The position numbers and the translations under genes are program-made. DNA of 64,000 nt from Nitrospirales bacterium. Its GTDB lineage: Bacteria > Nitrospirota > Nitrospiria > Nitrospirales > UBA8639. The DNA lies in assembly GCA_965223765.1 (NCBI GenBank), contig OZ245016.1, forward strand, positions 594,654 through 658,653. The letters are read 5' to 3'. Shown one piece after another: positions 37,537 through 46,878 of the stretch. How positions within the stretch are numbered: position 1 is the first letter of the stretch; each line of letters opens with the position of its first letter. The notes beneath the pieces were generated by a model. The model saw only the letters and a list, made by a program, of their open reading frames with translations, was not told the DNA's origin and made no database searches.

Positions 37537-39207
37537 ATGAAACTACAAAAGATTGTTATCGTTGGGGGAGTGGCTGGCGGAGCCAGTGCAGCCGCGAAGG
37601 CCCGCCGAACGAACGAAACGGCCGACATTACCATTTTTGAAAAAGGCCCCTATGTGTCCTTTGCTAACTGCGGGCTTCCCTATTATGTTGGAGAAACGAT
37701 TCAGGATCGGGATGAACTCTTGCTGCAAACGCCGGAGCGATTTTGGAAACGATTTCGTGTTCAAGTCCACGTCTTACACGAGGTCCTAAAAATTGACCGG
37801 GTGACAAAGCAGGTCAGCGTAAAAAATATCATTTCAGAAGAAGTGACATCCCACCCATATGACAAATTAATTCTGGCTCCGGGAGCTGGAGCAATCGTGC
37901 CAAAAATTCCTGGCATTCAGGCCAAGAATATTTTTTCCGTCAAAACTGTTCCTGACTCGGATAGAATTAAATCGTTTCTTCACGACCACCCCTCCCAGAA
38001 GGCATTAGTCATTGGTGGTGGCTTTATCGGACTGGAAACGGCCGAAGCCTTGGCGAATCGAGGGCTAGCGGTGACCATCGTTGAGAAAGCTCCGCACATT
38101 CTCCCCCCTTTTGATTCAGACATGGCAAGACTTGTTGCCCACCACATAAAAGAGAAAGGGCTGGCCATCATCACCGGCGATGGTATTGCAGGATTTCGTC
38201 AAGATGGGGAGTTCGCCCATGAAGCTGCATTAGAAAGCGGGAAACGGCTCCCCATGGATCTTGCCATCCTCTCAATTGGCGTTCGTCCGGAATTGAAACT
38301 TGCACGAGAGGCCGGCCTGGAAATTGGTGCGTCAGGGGGGATTGCCGTCAATGCACGACAGCAAACATCTGATCCCGATATCTATGCGGCAGGAGATGCT
38401 GTTGAAACCACGCATTTGATCACAGGGAGACAAACACGCATTCCCTTAGCAGGACCAGCCAATAAACAAGGAAGGGTCGCCGGTGCAAATGCCGCGGGAA
38501 GAGATTTACAATTCGATGGAGCGTTAGGTACCGCTATCGTTGAAATAATGGGTATCACCGCTGCCAAAACAGGGTTGACTGGTCAGGAAGCCGAGAGGCA
38601 TGGGTTACAATTTTTCGTCTCAGTCACTCACCCGTTAGATCACGCCGGATACTATCCCGGTGCTGAAGCCCTCCATATGAAATTAGTGGTAGAAGAAGAA
38701 ACCGGAAAACTTCTGGGCGCCCAAATTGTGGGTGAACAGGGAGTGGACAAACGGATTGATGTGCTGGCCACAGCATTACATGCCAAGATGAGAGTCCAGG
38801 ATTTGGAGCAACTGGATTTGGCCTATGCCCCACAATTTAATTCAGCCAAAGGTCCGGTCATCATGGCAGGATTTGTGGCGGCCAATACCCTACGAGGGGA
38901 AGTGACGATCATCACCGGGGAAGAATTGAAAAAAAGACTCGAAGCAAACGCATCGCTTCAATTGTTAGATGTCCGAACTCCAGGTGAATATCAAAAAACC
39001 CACCTACCTCAAGCCCGCCTGGTTCCGGTGGATGATCTCAGAGATCACCTCCAAGATTTGGATCCTACCCAAGAAACCGTCGTCTATTGCCGCGTAGGAT
39101 TACGCGGCTATCTTGCCGCACGTATTCTCCTCCAACATGGCTTTACGAACGTCTCAAATCTTACCGGTGGAATACTCAGTTACTCTCCATCTACAGAAAA
39201 ATCTTGA
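37537..39207 (+). CDS. CoA-disulfide/persulfide reductase with C-terminal rhodanese (CoADR-RHD/Npsr-like)
   Basis: GGVAGG, SFANCGLPY, GGGFIGLE, YAAGDA, DLAYAPQF, rhodanese YCRVGLRG. Confidence 0.9.
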   Translation: MKLQKIVIVGGVAGGASAAAKARRTNETADITIFEKGPYVSFANCGLPYYVGETIQDRDELLLQTPERFWKRFRVQVHVLHEVLKIDRVTKQVSVKNIISEEVTSHPYDKLILAPGAGAIVPKIPGIQAKNIFSVKTVPDSDRIKSFLHDHPSQKALVIGGGFIGLETAEALANRGLAVTIVEKAPHILPPFDSDMARLVAHHIKEKGLAIITGDGIAGFRQDGEFAHEAALESGKRLPMDLAILSIGVRPELKLAREAGLEIGASGGIAVNARQQTSDPDIYAAGDAVETTHLITGRQTRIPLAGPANKQGRVAGANAAGRDLQFDGALGTAIVEIMGITAAKTGLTGQEAERHGLQFFVSVTHPLDHAGYYPGAEALHMKLVVEEETGKLLGAQIVGEQGVDKRIDVLATALHAKMRVQDLEQLDLAYAPQFNSAKGPVIMAGFVAANTLRGEVTIITGEELKKRLEANASLQLLDVRTPGEYQKTHLPQARLVPVDDLRDHLQDLDPTQETVVYCRVGLRGYLAARILLQHGFTNVSNLTGGILSYSPSTEKS

Positions 39208-39350
39208 AAAACGGAACCGATTATTCCTGCACACCTCTGGCTTAGAGGCCTGCCTAGAACTTTCAACTGTTTGTTGACTGATTCCACACAAAAGAATTCA
39301 CTTCAATTAGAGTTTTGGGGAAATCAGTTAGCTGAACCGTTAAGACCAAC

Positions 39351-39362
39351 TTAACAGTTAAC
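39351..39362. promoter_or_regulatory. putative upstream activator sequence
   Basis: TTAACAGTTAAC, 109 bp upstream of the -24/-12 site. Confidence 0.6.
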
Positions 39363-39470
39363 ATTCCTTCCTTAACTATTCTCTTCTATCTCCTCATGAT
39401 TTTTCGAGTTTTATTCTATAACTAATTGTTTTCAAAATAAAATATCGGACATATTTTTGAACGTGAATTA

Positions 39471-39486
39471 TGGTACCAGGCTTGCT
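39471..39486 (+). promoter_or_regulatory. sigma-54 -24/-12 promoter
   Basis: TGGTACCAGGCTTGCT. Confidence 0.8.
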
Positions 39487-39532
39487 GAATAGAGAAATAG
39501 GACGATTACAAACAATCAGCAGGGAGGGAATT

Positions 39533-39745
39533 ATGTTGAGAAATGTTGGAGAGACAGAAAAGGGAATTCGACTGGTGTTAGGAGGACTTCTTCTTGTGGC
39601 GACCTTCGTTCTCGATTTGCCCACTTGGGGGACGGCCACATTGGGTGTGATTGGGATTGTGGCCTTAGTGACTGGAGCGATGGGGTACTGCCCGGCTTGG
39701 ACCATTTTTGGAATTAATACATGCCGGACTAAGTCTACAACCTAA
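39533..39745 (+). CDS. DUF2892 (YgaP-like) small membrane protein
   Basis: NVGETEKGIRLVLG, two TMs, TG...YCPAW..FGINTC; GGAGG RBS. Confidence 0.85.
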   Translation: MLRNVGETEKGIRLVLGGLLLVATFVLDLPTWGTATLGVIGIVALVTGAMGYCPAWTIFGINTCRTKSTT

Positions 39746-39760
39746 CCAGATGATTAATTC

Positions 39761-40339
39761 ATGAAACCGACTTACACATCAATTCCAGCTCAAAGAAACA
39801 CGCCAGGAAAAGAACAGACAACCTCCATTAGTGGATGGGCGACTCCACTCCTCATGTCCTTCTTTCTGAGCGTACCCACTGCATTGGCACAGCAGCATGG
39901 GCATCAGCAGATGATGATGCCCAGAGTGCCAGCAGATAAATTAGAAGAAGCCCGAGCCTTGAGGAACCCATTGACAGCTTCACCGAGTATCATTGAACAG
40001 GGGAAATTCATTTATGAAGGCAAAGGCACCTGTATGAATTGCCATGGCGTCAATGGCCGTGGGGATGGGCCAGGCGCGGCCACCCTCAATCCACCGCCAC
40101 GCGTATTTCGCTCCCATGGATTTTGGCGACATCGAACGGAAGGTGAAATCTTTTGGGTCATCAAACACGGGTCCCCTGGAACAGCCATGATTCCTTTTGG
40201 TGGGATACTCACAGATGAAGAAATCTGGACGGTCATGCTGTATGAAAGGAGTTTTGCCAGTGGTTCGCCTGGCGGAAGAGGTCCTCGCCAGGGGCGACGA
40301 GGCGGGGGTGGAATGGGCCACGGTCATCATAGGCGATAA
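39761..40339 (+). CDS. monoheme cytochrome c, paralog of 5682..6179
   Basis: PRVPAD, CMNCH, EGEIFWVIKHGSPGTAM. Confidence 0.85.
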   Translation: MKPTYTSIPAQRNTPGKEQTTSISGWATPLLMSFFLSVPTALAQQHGHQQMMMPRVPADKLEEARALRNPLTASPSIIEQGKFIYEGKGTCMNCHGVNGRGDGPGAATLNPPPRVFRSHGFWRHRTEGEIFWVIKHGSPGTAMIPFGGILTDEEIWTVMLYERSFASGSPGGRGPRQGRRGGGGMGHGHHRR

Positions 40340-40394
40340 CCCTGTTCTCCACTCGAATGTACCATACTGCAGTAGGTCCAAAAGGAAACAGACG

Positions 40395-41093
40395 ATGAAT
40401 TGTCATTATGCAAAACAACAAATTCTACATTGGTTTGGTGCGATTATTGGGGGCGCCATGTTTGTGTTGTGGGGGACAGTTCCTACGTTCTCAGCCGAAA
40501 CCCAGTTACCCGTGGATGGAAAACAACTTGTCCAGGCTCGATGTGTAAGTTGCCATCGTATCAAGGGGTTGCCTTCACCACGATCTGCTAAGAATGCCCC
40601 AGATTTAATTTGGGCAGGGAGTAAATACCAACACACCTGGTTGGTTCGTTGGCTACAAGACCCGAAAGAAAAACTCTATCCTGTTGGCTATGATTTTAAC
40701 TTCAAACGAAAAGGGCCACACATGGCCATCTCCGCTGCCGAAGCAAGAAAGGTGGCAAACTTTCTCGGCACGTTGAAGGATGTACGTGTCACAGAAGGCC
40801 TGATGAAATCAGGGACGCCACAAGAGCTGTCCCGCGGGAAACAACTCTACCGTGAGCACGGATGCCAAAATTGCCATCGGACACCCGCTAACAACAAGCG
40901 AGGCTATACCGGAGGCACCTCAAGTACCTCTCTAGTCAACATGGGCAATCGGCTACAAGGTGATTGGGTCTACCGATTTAATCTTAATCCCGATGATTTT
41001 GTGCCGGAGAGTGGAGCGTATATTCCCAATCCTTTGCTTCCCGATTCCGATATCTATGCGATCACGGCCTATATGATGACCTTTGGGAATTAA
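40395..41093 (+). CDS. diheme cytochrome c
   Basis: CVSCH and CQNCH; signal peptide; AGGA RBS before ATG 40395. Confidence 0.85.
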   Translation: MNCHYAKQQILHWFGAIIGGAMFVLWGTVPTFSAETQLPVDGKQLVQARCVSCHRIKGLPSPRSAKNAPDLIWAGSKYQHTWLVRWLQDPKEKLYPVGYDFNFKRKGPHMAISAAEARKVANFLGTLKDVRVTEGLMKSGTPQELSRGKQLYREHGCQNCHRTPANNKRGYTGGTSSTSLVNMGNRLQGDWVYRFNLNPDDFVPESGAYIPNPLLPDSDIYAITAYMMTFGN

Positions 41094-41142
41094 CCTAGCA
41101 TATTCTGTGTGTGAACATGCCCCAGGAAGGAGAGATCTAGAA

Positions 41143-41514
41143 ATGGCGAAAGGGATTAAGGCGAAGGTTAGGCTACCATTGATCAACCTGATGACCGTGC
41201 TCGGTATATTGTGGATAATCGGGACAGCCCCTGCAGCTGGTAATGGAGATCCTGAAAAAGGCAAAGATCTCTTTCGAGAAAATTGTCAGCATTGCCACGG
41301 ATTTTCCGGGAAGGGGGATGGTGAAATGGCTTCATACCTCACCCCGCCTCCATCTGATCTGGGAAGCCAGACAACGCAAGCCAAGTCTGATGCAGAGTTA
41401 AAGAAGGTTATTCTTAAGGGAAAAGAAGGAACCGCGATGGCTGGGTTTGAAGGGGCCTTAGAAGACTCGCAACTGAATAATCTATTGGCCTACCTTCGAT
41501 CACTCAAGTCGTAA
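41143..41514 (+). CDS. monoheme cytochrome c
   Basis: CQHCH, GTAMAGF. Confidence 0.85.
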   Translation: MAKGIKAKVRLPLINLMTVLGILWIIGTAPAAGNGDPEKGKDLFRENCQHCHGFSGKGDGEMASYLTPPPSDLGSQTTQAKSDAELKKVILKGKEGTAMAGFEGALEDSQLNNLLAYLRSLKS

Positions 41515-41569
41515 GATTGTCAACATTGAGACTTCATTCCTTATAGACCCTGCGAAAGGAAGTCCGACC

Positions 41570-42184
41570 ATGAAAGCTAAGACCACTTCGTTAAAGGCAA
41601 CAGGCGTAGTGGGTTCTGTGTTCATCATGCTGACTGTTGGGATAGCTTTGGCTGACCTCAGTCAACATGAACAGGCTGCGGTAAAAGTCACGGGAACCTT
41701 TCTACAAGAATTGAGTACGGCCATGAAACAGGAAATGGGAAAAGGAGGGCCATTAGAGGCCATTAAGGTTTGTGGAGAATTGGCTCCGGAAATTGCCAAC
41801 CGCTTATCACGAGAAAATGGATGGCGAGTCACGCGTGTGGGGACTCGAGTACGGAACCCCTTGCTTGGAACGCCGGATGCGTGGGAGCAGAAAATCCTTG
41901 GAGAGTTTTCCACACGTGCCGCAAAAGGAGAAGCCCTGAACACAATGACGCACAGCGAAGTGGTATCAGAGCCTGATGGAGAATATTTTCGATTCATGCA
42001 ACCGATTGCTGTTCAGCCCCAATGCCTTCTCTGTCATGGTCCGGCCGAAACCATTCCAGAGTCGATCAAGAAGGTCTTACATACCCACTACCCCTTCGAT
42101 GCGGCCACGGGATATAAAGCCGGAGATCTACGGGGAGCCGTGAGTATCAAGCAGCCACTGACTTCGGCACCAACCGGAGGATAA
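41570..42184 (+). CDS. Tll0287-like (DUF3365) heme c protein
   Basis: AIKVC, RVGTRVRNP, PDAWE, FRFMQPI, CLLCHG, GYKAGDLRGAVS. Confidence 0.85.
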   Translation: MKAKTTSLKATGVVGSVFIMLTVGIALADLSQHEQAAVKVTGTFLQELSTAMKQEMGKGGPLEAIKVCGELAPEIANRLSRENGWRVTRVGTRVRNPLLGTPDAWEQKILGEFSTRAAKGEALNTMTHSEVVSEPDGEYFRFMQPIAVQPQCLLCHGPAETIPESIKKVLHTHYPFDAATGYKAGDLRGAVSIKQPLTSAPTGG

Positions 42185-42216
42185 AGACATTTTCCTTTCA
42201 GACATATATTGAACAA

Positions 42217-42228
42217 TTAACTGTTAAC
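42217..42228. promoter_or_regulatory. putative upstream activator sequence
   Basis: TTAACTGTTAAC, 97 bp upstream of the -24/-12 site. Confidence 0.6.
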
Positions 42229-42324
42229 CCTTAACACCCTCTTTCTTTAAGCGTGCCATTCTCTTTTGAGGTTTGCAAAGTATTGAAGATTAAAAGTTTT
42301 TCTGGTTCTATTTTTTGTACAATT

Positions 42325-42340
42325 TGGTGCTGATTTTGCT
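42325..42340 (+). promoter_or_regulatory. sigma-54 -24/-12 promoter
   Basis: TGGTGCTGATTTTGCT. Confidence 0.75.
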
Positions 42341-42440
42341 TTAACATTTATTGCTAATGTGAACGAGAGAAATATTTGTCAAAAATAATATTGAAATTTT
42401 TTGGCTTTCTGCTTTTCTCAAATAAGGGAGGTTAATCAAG

Positions 42441-43865
42441 ATGAAACAAAAAAGATCACTGAATCAAGAATTTCATAGTCCACTTCTTGGGTTCACGTTG
42501 AGTGTCTTGCTCTTTTTTGTTTTTCCCTTATCTATTTCTGCTAATCCTCAGGAGATAGAGTCCCTGATTAAAGATACCTGTTCAACTTGCCATAAATTTG
42601 AGGGAAAGGAAGAGAGCCGGTTTAATTTGAAAGCCCCGGACTTGATGTGGGGTGGAAGCAAGTACCAACGGGATTGGCTCATTCGTTGGCTCACCGGAAA
42701 AGAACCATTGTTGTATGCGAAAAATTATCGCTGGGATCTCAAGCAGGACCCTGATCCCCATATGACGGTGACTGAAGAAAAAGCCAATTCCATTGCCGAT
42801 TATTTTGAAAAAAATCTCATTGACTCCCGTGTCACTGTTGGGGCCTTTGATCTCTCCAAGGTGACAAAACGCGATGCCGAAGTAGGGGCAGTGATTTATA
42901 AAGCCCATGCCTGCATCGGCTGCCACACCATTCAAGAAAATGGTCAACTGGTCGGCGGGCCACAAAGTGCCAATTTGGCAGATTCCGGAAATCGGTACAA
43001 TGAAGATTGGTTGTTTCGATTTGGGATCAATCCCCAAGACTATGTGCCACATAGTGGAGAGTTTTTGGCTGATGCTACCGAACCTCAGTTACGAAGTGTC
43101 ATCGGCTATTTAATGACGCTTGGCGTGAAAGACTTCAAATTCTATGAACCTTGGACTAGCACTGAGTTTGCTCAACCCAATGTAGATCGGGGATCGGGGA
43201 TCTACAAAGAATATTGCTCGCAATGTCATGGCGCGGAAGGAAAAGGCGATGGACCAGCGGCATCGGGTTTGAGTCCAAAACCTGCCGTGCATGCCAACAT
43301 TCCTTTCGAAAAGCTCCCAATGGAATATCTCTATAATGTGATTAACTTTGGTGGACCAAGTGTGGGTAAATCGGCCAATATGCCTTATTGGGGACTGACC
43401 ATTGGACAACAGGGCGTCGCTGATGTCATTGCCTATCTTAAAGCAACGTTTAAAGGTGGGGCAGAGGTGGCACAAGCTGGAGGCGGAACTGGACCTTCAG
43501 GCGTCTGTCCACAACCACGCAAGACTAAACGTGCTCCCGGCAAATTCCGGAACATGGAAAACCCTCTGGCGCAGAATGCCGAGAACATTAAGGCCGGCGA
43601 GACCTTGTTTCAACAAACTGCAAAACCACTAACCTGCATGAACTGTCATGGCGCACAAGGAGACGGCGAAGGACCGATGGGAGCTGCCTTAGATCCTCGT
43701 CCAAGGAATTTCACCTGTGCGGAAACCATGAAAGATATTTCTGATGGTCAAATGTTCTGGATCATTAAAAACGGATCCGTTGGAACTGGGATGATGGCCT
43801 TTTCTGGAATGCCCGATAATCAAATTTGGCAAGTGATTCAGTATATCCGAACATTAGCCAAGTAA
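42441..43865 (+). CDS. tetraheme cytochrome c (four class-I-like domains)
   Basis: CSTCH, CIGCH, CSQCH, CMNCH; signal peptide. Confidence 0.88.
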   Translation: MKQKRSLNQEFHSPLLGFTLSVLLFFVFPLSISANPQEIESLIKDTCSTCHKFEGKEESRFNLKAPDLMWGGSKYQRDWLIRWLTGKEPLLYAKNYRWDLKQDPDPHMTVTEEKANSIADYFEKNLIDSRVTVGAFDLSKVTKRDAEVGAVIYKAHACIGCHTIQENGQLVGGPQSANLADSGNRYNEDWLFRFGINPQDYVPHSGEFLADATEPQLRSVIGYLMTLGVKDFKFYEPWTSTEFAQPNVDRGSGIYKEYCSQCHGAEGKGDGPAASGLSPKPAVHANIPFEKLPMEYLYNVINFGGPSVGKSANMPYWGLTIGQQGVADVIAYLKATFKGGAEVAQAGGGTGPSGVCPQPRKTKRAPGKFRNMENPLAQNAENIKAGETLFQQTAKPLTCMNCHGAQGDGEGPMGAALDPRPRNFTCAETMKDISDGQMFWIIKNGSVGTGMMAFSGMPDNQIWQVIQYIRTLAK

Positions 43866-43911
43866 GCGTTCGACGAATCATCTGGGCTGCGCCCTAACGA
43901 GGATTCACTGC

Positions 43912-45498
43912 ATGCTGCCACCTTCAACAAAATTCAACACAACTCCTAAAAATAATACACAGGCTCTTGATGAACTTGAAAGGCATCATGCTCTGATCTT
44001 GGAAGCTGCTGGTGAAGGCATTTTTGGCCTGGATCTTGAGGGACGCCATACCTTTGTGAATCCAGCTGCTGCCAAAATGTTGGGGTACGAACCTCAAGAA
44101 CTGGTGGGACAACCAAGCCATTCTCTCTGGCACCACACCAAACCCAATGGGAGTCCATACCCTAAAGAAGATTGCCCGATTTATCGTGCATATAAAGATG
44201 GGCAAGTCCATCAGGGCGACAATGAGGTGTTTTGGAGGAAGGACGGCACGAGTTTTCCTGCTGAATACACTAGTACTCCGATTCGTGACCAAAATGGCCT
44301 CCTAGTAGGGGCCGTTGTGGTCTTTCAAGATATCACCTATCGCCGACAATGCGAGAAAGCTATAGAAAATTTTCGTCGGCAGAATGACTTAATCTTACAA
44401 GCCGCCGGGGAAGGCATTTTCGGACTGGACCTTGAAGGTCGGCATACGTTCGTCAATCCCGCTGCCAGTCGATTGTTGGGCTATGAACCTGGAGAGTTAT
44501 TAGGAAAGCCGAGTCATCGCACCTGGCATCATACAAGGGCTGACGGCTCGCCGTATCCAACAGAAGAATGCCCAATCTATAAAGCCTACAAAGATGGGCA
44601 GGTTCATCAAGGAGAAGAAGAGGTCTTTTGGAAAAAAGATGGATCATCCTTTCCTGCTCAATATACAAGCACCCCCATATGGGATGAAAACCAAAACTTG
44701 GTTGGTGCCGTCGTCACGTTCCAAGATATCACCGAAAAAAAGCGAATGGCTGCTCAATTATTAGAGGAAGCCAAATTAGCGGAAGTCACTCGGGTCCTTG
44801 GCGATATCGGACACGACATCAAAAACATGTTGATGCCGGTCTTGTCAGGAGCCGCTCTGTTAAAAGATGAATTAGAGGAGCAGTTTCCTCAATTGGTTCA
44901 GGCGCAGGGCAAAGGAGTCGAAACCGCTTATACGAATAGTGTGGATCTCTTAACGATGATGGACAGGAATGCGAGACGCATCCAGGTTCGGGTTCGAGAG
45001 ATTGCCGATGCCGTGAAAGGTGTCACGAGTCCCCCGCACTTCCAGAGCTGTGAGATCACCCACATTGTCGAAAGCGTCTACGAAACCCTCCGTGTTTATG
45101 CCGCAGAGAAGAATATTGTACTCTTAACTTCCAAGCTCGACAGGCTTCCTTCGATTGAATGCGACGAGCAGAGACTCTTTAATGCATTATACAATCTCGT
45201 CAACAATGCGATTCCTGAAGTTCCGTCTGGAGGATCAATTACCATTCTCGGGTCTCATCACCAACCATCAGACACGATCGATTTGATCGTCGCAGACACA
45301 GGGCGAGGAATGCCCCCGGAAGTTCGGGACCGGCTGTTTACGTCAGCGGCCATCAGCACAAAAAAAGAAGGAACCGGGCTTGGCACGAAAATCGTCAAGG
45401 ACGTGATTGATATTCACAAAGGCACAATTTGGGTTGACAGTGAACCCGGGAAAGGCACACAGTTCCATCTCCAATTGCCTATTTCGCAGCATGTGTAA
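43912..45498 (+). CDS. cytoplasmic PAS-PAS histidine kinase
   Basis: two near-duplicate PAS/PAC domains, GHDIKNML, LYNLVNNA, DTGRGM, GTGLGT. Confidence 0.9.
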   Translation: MLPPSTKFNTTPKNNTQALDELERHHALILEAAGEGIFGLDLEGRHTFVNPAAAKMLGYEPQELVGQPSHSLWHHTKPNGSPYPKEDCPIYRAYKDGQVHQGDNEVFWRKDGTSFPAEYTSTPIRDQNGLLVGAVVVFQDITYRRQCEKAIENFRRQNDLILQAAGEGIFGLDLEGRHTFVNPAASRLLGYEPGELLGKPSHRTWHHTRADGSPYPTEECPIYKAYKDGQVHQGEEEVFWKKDGSSFPAQYTSTPIWDENQNLVGAVVTFQDITEKKRMAAQLLEEAKLAEVTRVLGDIGHDIKNMLMPVLSGAALLKDELEEQFPQLVQAQGKGVETAYTNSVDLLTMMDRNARRIQVRVREIADAVKGVTSPPHFQSCEITHIVESVYETLRVYAAEKNIVLLTSKLDRLPSIECDEQRLFNALYNLVNNAIPEVPSGGSITILGSHHQPSDTIDLIVADTGRGMPPEVRDRLFTSAAISTKKEGTGLGTKIVKDVIDIHKGTIWVDSEPGKGTQFHLQLPISQHV

Positions 45499-45623
45499 GC
45501 TGGCTATCGTGAAAGGGTGAATAATAATTTTTAGGATTTCGGATCGCATCCTTTCTCTGTTCAAACCACGAAGGTCGCTGAAAAGACCAGATATCCTTTG
45601 CTCGAAGTACTCCCAGTCCCATC

Positions 45624-46871
45624 ATGAGCGATAGTACGTTTGCCTTCTCCAGTGGACTAACCCGTAGACGGTTTCTCCAGACCGCGATAATTTCAGGCGG
45701 GCTAGCTATGCTTGGGAAGAATACAGCTGACGCAACATCGGCCTCCAATATCCAGCTTCCCTTTGCACGAGGGCACCGACCTCTCGTGGCCTTTCCCGAA
45801 AAGCGTCCGTTGATGGTGATGACCACGAGGCCGCCTCAATTAGAGACTCCGTTTTCGGTGTTTAACGATTCTGTATTTACTCCTAACGATGCATTTTTTG
45901 TTCGTTGGCATTTAGCGAATATTCCAACTGAGATTGCCCTCGAGAGCTTTCGCTTGACCGTTCGAGGACGTGTCAGAAATCGGCTTTCGTTGACTCTCAA
46001 AGACTTAAAAGAAAAATTTGAACCCAGAGAAATTGCGGCCGTCTGCCAATGTGCAGGCAATAGTCGAGGGTTTTCTGATCCCCGAGTGGCAGGAGGACAG
46101 TGGGGGCATGGTGCGATGGGGAATGGGCGGTGGAGGGGAGTGCGGTTGCGCGACTTGTTGGAACAAGCCCAATTAGAAAATGATGCCAAACATATTCGGT
46201 TCGACGGCATGGATCGTCCAGTGACCGATGCGACCCCCGATTTTCTGAAGTCACTGCCCCTTGATGCTGCGACTGCGAACCAGGTGCTGGTTGCTTATGC
46301 CATGAATGGCGAGCCTCTCCCCTTCCTCAATGGCTATCCACTCCGCTTGGTTGTTCCGGGATGGTACGCCACGTACTGGGTGAAGATGCTGAATGATATC
46401 GAAGTGCTCAACGAGGAAGACCAGAATTTCTGGATGAATCCCGCATACCGGATTCCTGATAATGCCTGTGGGTGTGTAGACCCCGGTGAGACGGCTAGGA
46501 AACAGATTCCAATATCTACGATGACGGTTCGATCGTTTATCACGAGTCCTCAAGATGGAGATACCGTGTTAGGAAACACTCACGTAAAAATCAAAGGGAT
46601 CGCGTTCGATCAAGGTTATGGCATTGATCGGGTACTAGTATCACTAGATGGCGGAAACAATTGGAAAGCCGCCCAATTAGGAAATGATTATGGAAATTTT
46701 TCTTTCCGTCCATGGGAAATTCCGGTGTTCTTAAAGCCTGGGCAGCAGTATCACCTGCAGTCCCTAGCAATTAATCGCATTGGCGAATCCCAACAATTCC
46801 ACCCCAAATGGAATCCCCAGGGGTATTTACGCAATGCGGTTGAGACCATTCGTATTTCTACACAAGGGTAA
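45624..46871 (+). CDS. sorA: molybdopterin sulfite dehydrogenase subunit (SorA-like, sulfite oxidase family)
   Basis: Tat motif LTRRRFLQ, ETPF, FFVRWH, CQCAGNSR (Moco Cys), NGYPLRLVVPGWYATYWVK. Confidence 0.85.
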   Translation: MSDSTFAFSSGLTRRRFLQTAIISGGLAMLGKNTADATSASNIQLPFARGHRPLVAFPEKRPLMVMTTRPPQLETPFSVFNDSVFTPNDAFFVRWHLANIPTEIALESFRLTVRGRVRNRLSLTLKDLKEKFEPREIAAVCQCAGNSRGFSDPRVAGGQWGHGAMGNGRWRGVRLRDLLEQAQLENDAKHIRFDGMDRPVTDATPDFLKSLPLDAATANQVLVAYAMNGEPLPFLNGYPLRLVVPGWYATYWVKMLNDIEVLNEEDQNFWMNPAYRIPDNACGCVDPGETARKQIPISTMTVRSFITSPQDGDTVLGNTHVKIKGIAFDQGYGIDRVLVSLDGGNNWKAAQLGNDYGNFSFRPWEIPVFLKPGQQYHLQSLAINRIGESQQFHPKWNPQGYLRNAVETIRISTQG

Positions 46872-46878
46872 GCTTCTC

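Noticed and set aside
37537-39207. Sulfide:quinone oxidoreductase or NADH oxidase call
   Set aside because: SFANCGLPY, LAYAP and the fused rhodanese fit CoADR-RHD/Npsr. SQR motifs were not seen.
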